NCBI GenBank assembly: GCA_051362555.1
Contig: CM120640.1
Location: 18,166,001 to 18,230,000, forward strand
DNA: 64,000 bases
Reading direction: 5' to 3'
Origin: Lingula anatina
Lineage: Eukaryota; Animalia; Brachiopoda
The notes beneath the pieces are model-generated. The model did not search any database. It saw only the letters and a list, made by a program, of their open reading frames with translations, and was not told the origin of the DNA. Shown here piece by piece: positions 27,201 to 39,200 of this stretch. Position 1 is the stretch's first letter. Every line of letters begins with the position of its first letter. The translations under genes were made by a program, and so were the position numbers.

Positions 27201-30200
27201 ACTCTCTTGAATGTTCTGTCTCAGCTACATGTAAAAAGCTCTGGATTTTCTTGGCCTATATTAATAAAATTTTATCATTAATGATCAAGTAAATAACAAA
27301 TTCTACAAAAGAATAAAAACAAATTCATGAAGCAAAGTTCACAATTAGGTCTTTATCATATGATATGAAAAAATATTAACAAAAATTTCTTATAAGACTT
27401 TATGTACTTATGACTCTGACAAATGTATAGTACCACTTATTATTAAAGATGCATATATCACAAATAGCTGGTAAAATGAACTTCAGAAATGTTTCGTTAT
27501 AACCCGAAGAAAAAGTATGCGTGTCATTAACTGTTTACCTCAGTTTTCCGCAAAGTGGGTTCAATCTTATCTTGTTCCATTGTCAAATAGGAACGTTTTT
27601 GGATGCATGGAATTTTTCTCGTTTCTCGGCCCCCTTTCTTCATATTTTGATATATAGAGGCCATAGATGTACTTTTTTGGATGCAGGGTACTTGGTCCAT
27701 ATCGTCTTTTTTCAATGCTTGTAAAATGCTAGGGTCTATCAAGTCTTCTATGATGGAGGACATGACATTGTCAGGGAAGACGAGTGTTTTTCCATGGAAA
27801 CTCTGTCTTAGCAAAATAATGCTTGCATTGATGTCCACAGGAGAAACAGAAAGACTCATGGTCTTACTTTGACTTTGCAGTGTTTCTTTTTTCCTGTCTT
27901 CTTTCGTGCTGCTATCAAACTCTCTTGAATGTTGTGTCTCAGCTACATGTAAAAAGCTCTGGATTTTCTTGGCCTATATTAATAAGATTTTATCATTAAT
28001 GATCAAGTAAATAACAAATTCTACAAAAGAATAAAAACAAATTCATGAAGCAAAGTTCACAATTAGGTCTTTATCATATGATATGAAAAAATATTGACAA
28101 AAATTTCTTATAAGACTTTATGTACTTATGACTCTGAGAAATGCATAGTACCACTTATTATTAAAGATGCAAATATCACAAATAGCTGGTAAAATGAACT
28201 TCAGAAACGTTTCGTTATAACCCGAAGAAAAAGTATGCGTGTCATTAACTGTTTACCTCAGTTTTCCGCAAAGTGGGTTCAATCTTATCTTGTTCCATTG
28301 TCAAATAGGAACGTTTTTGGATGCATGGAATTTTTCTCGTTTCTCGGCCCCCTTTCTTCATATTTTGATATATAGAGGCCATAGATGTACTTTTTTGGAT
28401 GCAGGGTACTTGGTCCATATCGTCTTTTTTCAATGCTTGTAAAATGCTAGGGTCTATCAAGTCTTCTATGATGGAGGACATGACATTGTCAGGGAAAACG
28501 AGTGTTTTTCCATGGAAACTCTGTCTTAGCAAAATAATGCTTGCATTGATGTCCACAGGAGAAACAGAAAGACTCATGGTCTTACTTTGACTTTGCAGTG
28601 TTTCTTTTTTCCTGTCTTCTTTCGCGCTGCTATCAAACTCTCTTGAATGTTCTGTCTCAGCTACATGTAAAAAGCTCTGGATTTTCTTGGCCTATATTAA
28701 TAAGATTTTATCATTAATGATCAAGTAAATAACAAATTCTACAAAAGAATAAAAACAAATTCATGAAGCAAAGTTCACAATTAGGTCTTTATCATATGAT
28801 ATGAAAAAATATTAACAAAAATTTCTTATAAGACTTTATGTACTTATGACTCTGACAAATGTATAGTACCACTTATTATTAAAGATGCAAATATCACAAA
28901 TAGCTGGTAAAATGAACTTCAGAAATGTTTCGTTATAACCCGAAGAAAAAGTATGCGTGTCATTAACTGTTTACCTCAGTTTTCCGCAAAGTGGGTTCAA
29001 TCTTATCTTGTTCCATTGTCAAATAGGAACGTTTTTGGATGCATGGAATTTTTCTCGTTTCTCGGCCCCCTTTCTTCATATTTTGATATATAGAGGCCAT
29101 AGATGTACTTTTTTGGATGCAGGGTACTTGGTCCATATCGTCTTTTTTCAATGCTTGTAAAATGCTAGGGTCTATCAAGTCTTCTATGATGGAGGACATG
29201 ACATTGTCAGGGAAAACGAGTGTTTTTCCATGGAAACTCTGTCTTAGCAAAATAATGCTTGCATTGATGTCCACAGGAGAAACAGAAAGACTCATGGTCT
29301 TACTTTGACTTTGCAGTGTTTCTTTTTTCCTGTCTTCTTTGGTGCTGCTATCAAACTCTCTTGAATGTTCTGTCTCAGCTACATGTAAAAAGCTCTGGAT
29401 TTTCTTGGCCTATATTAATAAAATTTTATCATTAATGATCAAGTAAATAACAAATTCTACAAAAGAATAAAAACAAATTCATGAAGCAAAGTTCACAATT
29501 AGGTCTTTATCATATGATATGAAAAAATATTAACAAAAATTTCTTATAAGACTTTATGTACTTATGACTCTGACAAATGTATAGTACCACTTATTATTAA
29601 AGATGCAAATATCACAAATAGCTGGTAAAATGAACTTCAGAAATGTTTCGTTATAACCCGAAGAAAAAGTATGCGTGTCATTAACTGTTTACCTCAGTTT
29701 TCCGCAAAGTGGGTTCAATCTTATCTTGTTCCATTGTCAAATAGGAACGTTTTTGGATGCATGGAATTTTTCTCGTTTCTCGGCCCCCTTTCTTCATATT
29801 TTGATATATAGAGGCCATAGATGTACTTTTTTGGATGCAGGGTACTTGGTCCATATCGTCTTTTTTCAATGCTTGTAAAATGCTAGGGTCTATCAAGTCT
29901 TCTATGATGGAGGACATGACATTGTCAGGGAAGACGAGTGTTTTTCCATGGAAACTCTGTCTTAGCAAAATAATGCTTGCATTGATGTCCACAGGAGAAA
30001 CAGAAAGACTCATGGTCTTACTTTGACTTTGCAGTGTTTCTTTTTTCCTGTCTTCTTTCGTGCTGCTATCAAACTCTCTTGAATGTTGTGTCTCAGCTAC
30101 ATGTAAAAAGCTCTGGATTTTCTTGGCCTATATTAATAAGATTTTATCATTAATGATCAAGTAAATAACAAATTCTACAAAAGAATAAAAACAAATTCAT

Positions 30201-33200
30201 GAAGCAAAGTTCACAATTAGGTCTTTATCATATGATATGAAAAAATATTGACAAAAATTTCTTATAAGACTTTATGTACTTATGACTCTGAGAAATGCAT
30301 AGTACCACTTATTATTAAAGATGCAAATATCACAAATAGCTGGTAAAATGAACTTCAGAAACGTTTCGTTATAACCCGAAGAAAAAGTATGCGTGTCATT
30401 AACTGTTTACCTCAGTTTTCCGCAAAGTGGGTTCAATCTTATCTTGTTCCATTGTCAAATAGGAACGTTTTTGGATGCATGGAATTTTTCTCGTTTCTCG
30501 GCCCCCTTTCTTCATATTTTGATATATAGAGGCCATAGATGTACTTTTTTGGATGCAGGGTACTTGGTCCATATCGTCTTTTTTCAATGCTTGTAAAATG
30601 CTAGGGTCTATCAAGTCTTCTATGATGGAGGACATGACATTGTCAGGGAAAACGAGTGTTTTTCCATGGAAACTCTGTCTTAGCAAAATAATGCTTGCAT
30701 TGATGTCCACAGGAGAAACAGAAAGACTCATGGTCTTACTTTGACTTTGCAGTGTTTCTTTTTTCCTGTCTTCTTTGGTGCTGCTATCAAACTCTCTTGA
30801 ATGTTCTGTCTCAGCTACATGTAAAAAGCTCTGGATTTTCTTGGCCTATATTAATAAAATTTTATCATTAATGATCAAGTAAATAACAAATTCTACAAAA
30901 GAATAAAAACAAATTCATGAAGCAAAGTTCACAATTAGGTCTTTATCATATGATATGAAAAAATATTAACAAAAATTTCTTATAAGACTTTATGTACTTA
31001 TGACTCTGACAAATGTATAGTACCACTTATTACTAAAGATGCAAATATCACAAATAGCTGGTAAAATGAACTTCAGAAATGTTTCGTTATAACCCGAAGA
31101 AAAAGTATGCGTGTCATTAACTGTTTACCTCAGTTTTCCGCAAAGTGGGTTCAATCTTATCTTGTTCCATTGTCAAATAGGAACGTTTTTGGATGCATGG
31201 AATTTTTCTCGTTTCTCGGCCCCCTTTCTTCATATTTTGATATATAGAGGCCATAGATGTACTTTTTTGGATGCAGGGTACTTGGTCCATATCGTCTTTT
31301 TTCAATGCTTGTAAAATGCTAGGGTCTATCAAGTCTTCTATGATGGAGGACATGACATTGTCAGGGAAGACGAGTGTTTTTCCATGGAAACTCTGTCTTA
31401 GCAAAATAATGCTTGCATTGATGTCCACATGAGAAACAGAAAGACTCATGGTCTTACTTCGACTTTGCAGTGTTTCTTTTTTCCTGTCTTCTTTCGCGCT
31501 GCTATCAAACTCTCTTGAATGTTCTGTCTCAGCTACATGTAAAAAGCTCTGGATTTTCTTGGCCTATATTAATAAGATTTTATCATTAATGATCAAGTAA
31601 ATAACAAATTCTACAAAAGAATAAAAACAAATTCATGAAGCAAAGTTCACAATTAGGTCTTTATCATATGATATGAAAAAATATTGACAAAAATTTCTTA
31701 TAAGACTTTATGTACTTATGACTCTGAGAAATGCATAGTACCACTTATTATTAAAGATGCAAATATCACAAATAGCTGGTAAAATGAACTTCAGAAATGT
31801 TTCGTTATAACCCGAAGAAAAAGTATGCGTGTCATTAACTGTTTACCTCAGTTTTCCGCAAAGTGGGTTCAATCTTATCTTGTTCCATTGTCAAATAGGA
31901 ACGTTTTTGGATGCATGGAATTTTTCTCGTTTCTCGGCCCCCTTTCTTCATATTTTGATATATAGAGGCCATAGATGTACTTTTTTGGATGCAGGGTACT
32001 TGGTCCATATCGTCTTTTTTCAATGCTTGTAAAATGCTAGGGTCTATCAAGTCTTCTATGATGGAGGACATGACATTGTCAGGGAAGACGCGTGATTTTC
32101 CATGGAAACTCTGTCTTAGCAAAATAATGCTTGGATCGATGTCCACAGGAGAAACAGAAAGACTCATGGTCTCACTTTGACTTTGCAGTGTTTCTTTTTT
32201 CCTGTCTTCTTTCGTGCTGCTATCAAACTCTCTTGAATGTTCTGTCACAGCTACATGTAAAAAGCTCTGGATTTTCTTGGCCTATATAAATAAAATTTTA
32301 TCATTAATGTCAGTAAATAACAAGTTCTACAAAAGAAGGAAAACAAATTCATGAAGCAAAGTTCACAATTAGGTCTTTATCATATGATATGAAAAAATAT
32401 TAACAAAAACTTCTTATAAGACTTAATGTACTTATGACTCTGAGAAATGCACAGTACCATGCACTCATTATTAAAGATGCAAATATCACAAAAAGCTGGT
32501 AAAATGAACTTCAGAAACGTTTGGTTGTAACCCGGAGAAAAAGTGTCGGTAATTGTTTACCTTAGTTTTCGGCAAAGTGGGTTCAATCTTATCTCGTTCT
32601 ATTGTCAAAGAGGAACGTTTTTGGATGCATGGAATTTTACTTGTTTCTCCTCCCCCTTTCTTTATATTTTGATTGACACTATCCACTTCCTCTTCTCCAT
32701 CATCCATGTATCTTTTGACCTGTTTTTCTTCATCAGCTGTGGTAATGCTGGCTTTGGCGTTGCTTGATTCCCTTAACTGTTTGGTTTCAGATATTTCCAT
32801 TAGGCTTTTGGTGTTTTTTGCCTTAAGCAATGATTGATAATGGCATATTAGTGATCAAATATACAAAAAGCTCTTTTTAAAAGTGAGGTTTCTAATGAAC
32901 AAAAATTCATAACGACTTTATAAATGATTTTTAGCCCATTACTGATCAAGTTTGCAACATGTTTAAAAAGATGAAAAGCTTTAAGTTAATTATATTATTA
33001 CATGTGTCTTCAGCAGTTGATTTCATGAGAAACATTAAGAATGTCAGTTTCATCGGTATATGTATTCTAACCCATGAAATCCAATTCATCCCTTATGACA
33101 GGGCATGCAACTATATCAAAAGCTATTAAAAATGAAAGACGTAACATTTCCTGAATTACGTACCTCAGTTTCCAGCAAAGTGGGTTTGATCCTGAATTGT

Positions 33201-36200
33201 TCAGAGGCCATAGATGTACTTTTTTGGATGCAGGGTACTTGGTCCATATCGTCTTTTTTCAATGCTTGTGCTTTAGATACAGGTCCCATCAATAAAATGC
33301 TAGGGTCTATCAAGTCTTCTATGATGGAGGACACAACATTGTCAGGGAAGACGCGTGATTTTCCATGGAAACTCTGTCTTAGCAAAATAATGCTTGGATC
33401 AATGTCCACAGGAGAAACAGAAAGACTCATGGTCTCACTTTGACTTTGCAGTGTTTCTTTTTTCCTGTCTTCTTTCCTGCTGCTATCAAACTCTCTTGAA
33501 TGTTCTCTCTCAGCTACATGTAAACAGCTGTGAATTTTCTTGGCCTATATTTATAAGATTTTATCATTAAGGATCAAGTCAATAACAAGTTCTCCAAAAA
33601 AAATGAAAAATTTACAAAGCAAAGTTCACCATTAGGTCTTTATCATATGATATGAAAAAATATTCACAAAAATTTCTTATAAGACTTAATGTACTTATGA
33701 CTCTGAGAAATGCATAGTACCGCTTATTATTAAAGATGCAAATATCACAAATAGCTGGTAAAATGAACTTCAGAAACGTATGGTTATAACCTGAAGAAAA
33801 AGTGTCAGTAATTGTTTACCTCAGTTTTCGGCAAAGTGGGTTCAATCTTATCTCGTTCTATTGTCAAAGAGGAACGTTTTTGGATGCATGGAATTTTACT
33901 TGTTTCTCGTCCCCCTTTCTTCATATTTTGATTGACACTATCCACTTCCTCTTCTCCATCATCCATGCATCTTTTGACCTGTTTTTCTTCATCAGCTGTG
34001 GTAACGCTGGCTTTGGCGATGCCTGATTCCCTTAACTGTTTGGTTTCAGATATTTCCATTAGGCTTTTCGTGTTTTTTGCCTTAAGCAATGATTGATAAT
34101 GGCATATGAGTGATCAAATATACAAAAAGCTCTTTTTAATAGCAAGGTTTCTATGAACAAAAATTCATAACAACTTAATAAATGATTCTGGCCTATTAAT
34201 ATTAATGATCAAGTTTGCAACACTTTTATAAAGATGAAAAGCTTTAAGTAAATTATATTATTACATGTGTCTTCAGCAGTTGATTTCATGAGAAACATTA
34301 AGAATGTCAGTTTCATCGGTAAATGAATTCTAACCCATGAAATCTGTTTCGATGTATGCATACGACAGATCGTAGAGGCATACTCGAAGTTAGAGAGAGC
34401 GAGATAGAAGTGACACAAGCGCCATTGGAACTCAACATCCGGGACTTTATTCTAGTAACAAGGTCAAGGTTACTACACAGTAAACAGAATAGTGTAACAT
34501 CCCCCTTTTTTTTTGAGGATAAAGCTTAAGAAAGAAAGAATGTGCAATAGAAACAATATCAAACATTTTACAGTAATGCACACACTATTCAGTTCTCAAC
34601 AGTTACAGTACAGTTCATATAAAGTAAATGTTCATATGCAGAATCCTGAAAAAGAATTGATGAAACTTTCATCAGTAAAGTTGAAACAGTAATAAATGTC
34701 AGTTTGAACTCTGAGATTTATGAGTTATGTTGTTCCTCAACATCAACAAATGAACAGTATCTGCAAAACACAAAGTTCAAGTTAGAAACATTACTTGACT
34801 TGCTATGAACAAAATCACTTTGGAACAAAATCTTTAAGATATACAGGCTTTTTAACTGTTCTAGTAGATCTACGCGTAGGCACAGTTGCCTTCTGAGGCT
34901 TAACAATATTCTCTGGCACTTTCACAGAGACTGGCTGCTTAAGTGAATCCTTCACTTTAACACAAGATTTTTGACATGTACTCTGAGTGATCGGTACAGA
35001 TTTTTCTGACTGACTTTTCACAATAAGATTTGGAGGAGATTCTTTTGTTTTCTTTAAATGAATACGGTTTCTCCTGAATAAACCAGTAGGTGTATCAATT
35101 TCATAAGATCTCTCGTCTAGTCTACGAGTAACAACACCTTTCTGCCATTCCTTCTGATTAAGTCTGAATGGTTTCATACGCACAGTGTCACCTTCTTCCA
35201 GAGGTGGAAGATCATGTGCATGTTCATTGTACTTTCTACATTGAGAGTCTTTCTCACACTTGAGTTGATACTTATCAAGCTGAAAGTAATCATTGCCTCT
35301 AGGCTGAAGTAGTTTATCAGTCACAGGTAACAAAGTTCTGGTTCTCCTGTTCAGAAAACGTTGAGCTGGACTTGTCCCCATACTCTGAGTAGGTGTATTA
35401 CGAATTTCCAATAATGCCAAAAATGGATCAGTTCTGCTTTTCACACACTTTTGGATCATAGTCTTAGCTGCTTTAACTGCAGACTCTGCTTTGCCATTAG
35501 CACTGGCATGGTAAGGAGAAGAAGTATAGTGCTCGAAATCCCAGGTTGCAGCAAAATTTCTGAATTCCTCAGAACAGAATTGAGGTCCATTGTCACTAAT
35601 GACAGTAGATGGGATTCCATATCTGGAGAAATGTCGTTTTAAACACTTAATGACACTGTTGGAAGAGGTATCTGTGAGTTTATCACATTCCCAGAATCCA
35701 CTGTAGTAATCCACAGAAATCAAGTAGTCATGATTCTCCACAGTGAAAAGGTCAAGACCTACTTTTTCATAAGGAGCTTGAGAATCAATTGGAGTAAGAG
35801 TTTCTCGTTGCTGGGATCTCTGGTATGACTGACACGCGTCACAGACTTCTGCTGTCTGACGTATATCCGCTGTCATCCCTGGCCAAAATATGCATTCACG
35901 TGCACGGCGCAACATACTGTCACCTCCTAAGTGCGAAGTATGTAAATGATCCTTGATAGCTTTACGAGCAGCAGCTGGCACGACAACACGATCGCCTTTA
36001 AAGATCAATCCACTGTGCACAGCTAATTCATCCCTGTAGGAGAAGTAGGGCATGATCTGAGAAGGTACATAGTCTTTGGATTCTGGCCAACCTTTAACAA
36101 TGACTGACTTAAGGAGATTCATAGTGTCATCCTTCAAAGTAGCATCACGTAGCTCACCGAGACGTTCAGAGCTCATTTTTATGTTGCCAATGACATTGAT

Positions 36201-39200
36201 CTGCTCAAAATGATCACTCTCATCTGTCATATTCGGTAGGTAGTTCCGAGACAACATATCAGCTATAAACATTTCCTTGCCTCTTTTGTAAATGACTGTA
36301 GTGTCATACTTCAAAAGGCGTAGTAGCATACCTTGTATACGCTTTGGAGCTTTGTGCAGTGGCTTCCGCACAATCATCTCAAGAGGCTTGTGGTCAGTGT
36401 GAATAGTAGTGTGACGTCCAAATGTATACTGATGGAACTTTTCCATAGCAAAGACCATTGCTAGACATTCCTTTTCTATCTGAGCATAACCCTGCTCAGT
36501 AGCGGAGAGAGCACGGCTGGCATAAGCGACTGGACGTCCATCTTGAAGCAAAGCTGCTCCGAGTCCTGTGCTTGAAGCATCACACTGGACAAATAGTTCC
36601 TTACTAGCATCATAGTAGGATAGCACAGGCGCTGAAGTAAGTAGAGCTTTAAGTTCAGACATGGCTCTGTCTTGCTCATCAGTCCACAGAAATTCAGTGT
36701 CTAGTCTAGTAAGACGCCTGATTGGTTCAACAACCGTTGCTAGCTTCGGGAGAAATTTAGACAGGTAGGTCACAGAACCAAGTAGCTGTCTAACACCTTC
36801 CACATCCGTGGGGTTCTCTAACCTGAGGATGGCTTCAATCTTAGATTGATCTGCTTTTAGACCTTGATTGGTTATAGTGTGTCCCATAAAACCAACTTCA
36901 GAGGTACAGAAAACACTTTTCTGCTTGTTTAGCTTTATGCCTTTCTCAGCACACCTGTCAAGTAGGCGCTTTAAGTTATGGTCATGGTCCTCAGTTGACT
37001 TGCCATAGACCAAAATATCATCAGCTATGCAGATAACACCACTGAGACCTTCTAATGACTCGTTGAGTTTCCTCTGAAAGATTTCAGAACTGACTTTCAG
37101 ACCAAAGGGCAAACGTTTCCAACGGTATCTACCGAAGGGAGTGATGAAAGTCGTGAGGTTACTGCTCTCTTCATCCAAGATACAGTGCCAGTAACCATGA
37201 GCGAGGTCTACCGTAGAGAAGATTTTAGCATCTGAGAGTTCTGGCAGAACATCCTCAATAGTAGGGAGTTGATAGCGCTCTCGCTGTAGCACTTCATTGA
37301 GAGGTCTAGGGTCAATGCAGATCCGAATGTCTCCATTCTTCTTAGTCTGGATTGATATCTGTGAGCACCATTCAGTAGGCTCACTCACAGGAGTAATCAC
37401 ATCTAGACGCACAAGATTCTCTAACTCTTCTTTGAGCTTAGGCTTCACTGAGACTGGGACACGCCTAGGTGGGCATTGCACAGGTTTGGAGTCCTCTTGC
37501 ACCTTAATATGCACGGCACCAGGTAACTGCCCGATCAGTCCATTAGTAGCAAACACTGAGTCATACTGAGAGATCATAGCTTCACAGTTGCTATGGCTAT
37601 TCACAGCATCAACTTGCTGAAAGTTATCATAGTTAACAGTTATGAGATTCATGAGCTCAGCTGTTTCTCGAGAGATAATGGGCTGAAAGTTTTCCTTTAC
37701 AACTTGGAATTCCACAAGGTAGAACTTCCCTGCATTATCTAGAGTGAGTAGACACTTTCCAATGGGCTTTACTTTGCTCCTGTTGTACACAGAGAGAGTA
37801 GTCTTAGAATGTTCAAGCTTAGTGCCTTGGACATATTTCTCAGGTATCACATTAACACTGGCTCCACTGTCAATCTGGAATATCACTTGCTTTCCATTTT
37901 CTAAGGACATTTGAGCACAAATAGGACCACCATTCACTGAATTCACCTGAGTATCATCAGTAACACACAAGGTAAAAGATTCATCAGACACTCCATGGAC
38001 TTTCTTCACAGTAGGGCAGCAGATAGCAAAGTGATTCGACGCTTTACATTTGGAGCACTGCTTACCCCAAGCTGGGCATAGCTCTTTTTTTCTAGGGTGA
38101 TTCTTACCGCAAAATTTGCACTGGATTATGGAGGGGGTTGGAAACTTTCTGACAGGCTGTTTGTTTTTTTTCTTATCCAACTTCCGGACAACATGTAGTG
38201 AATTGTCAGAGATAACAGAGTCATTTAGGAGAGACATGTGCCTTGAGGTGCTCTCGTAGCTCCTGCAAATGTCTATGGACCTTTCAAGTGTTAGGTTCTT
38301 CTCCTGAAACAATCGTTTCCTAACATTGCTGTCAATAACGCCAATGATTATCCTGTCTCTGAGTAGACTGTCCCGCATACAATTGCAAAAATTACACGTT
38401 TTTGCTAGTTCTTTCAAAACACTAACATAATCCTCTATCGTCTCACCTTTAGCCTGGCATCTAGTGTTGAATTGATAACGCTCAAAAGTTTCGTTGGTCT
38501 CGCCAAGAATATGAGAGTCAAGTTTCCCGAGAATATCCTCCACTGTATCGGTGTCTGCCGGATCACATCCGTTGTAAACTCGTAAGGCCTCAATTCCCAT
38601 GACAGAGATAAACAAAGATTTCTTATACTGTTCTGTTTTAGAGTCAAGGTTACTTACAACCGAGTAGTGAGACCATAGCTGCTTCCACAGTTTCCAGTTT
38701 TCTTGTTTATTCTTAGTTAAAGTCACTGGTTCCGGTGGTTTTACATTAAAGAAAGGCGAAGCAAAGTTGTTGTGATCATCCGATTGGCCTCCTTCTGCCA
38801 TCGTTATCAATGTAATAAGGAAGATAGCGAAGAATAAGATCAGCATGTACAGTTGGTCACGTGGCGTGCGCGTAGCTCCCGCCAACACAGAGCTTCACTG
38901 AAAGAGCTTCTCCTCAGTTAGAAACGCCGTCGAGTTGGTGTCGAGGCAACTCTAGGCATGGTCCGATTACGCTGCCACCATGTTTCGATGTATGCATACG
39001 ACAGATCGTAGAGGCATACTCGAAGTTAGAGAGAGCGAGATAGAAGTGACACAAGCGCCATTGGAACTCAACATCCGGGACTTTATTCTAGTAACAAGGT
39101 CAAGGTTACTACACAGTAAACAGAATAGTGTAACAAAATCCAATTAATCCCTTATGACAGGGCATGCAACTATATCAAAAGCTGTTAAAAATTAAAGACA

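Larger units (their letters stand above)
34345..39135 (-). mobile_element. Full-length Ty3/gypsy LTR retrotransposon (Mag/A-clade-like), 4791 bp
   Basis: Two identical TG...CA LTRs, AAATC TSD (34340-44, 39136-40), PBS, PPT and a single intact gag-pol ORF. Confidence 0.96.

Noticed and set aside
12967-32248. Reading the array as a tandem family of independent ~110-aa genes (MSLSVSPVD...EVNS*)
   Set aside because: The frame is open 38 codons upstream of the Met to a conserved AG, and the stop lies just past a conserved GAG|GT donor, so these are internal exons
36990-37040. RT catalytic motif IADD instead of YxDD as a sign of inactivation
   Set aside because: Both catalytic Asp residues are present and this variant is common in Mag-like gypsy elements; the identical LTRs show recent transposition
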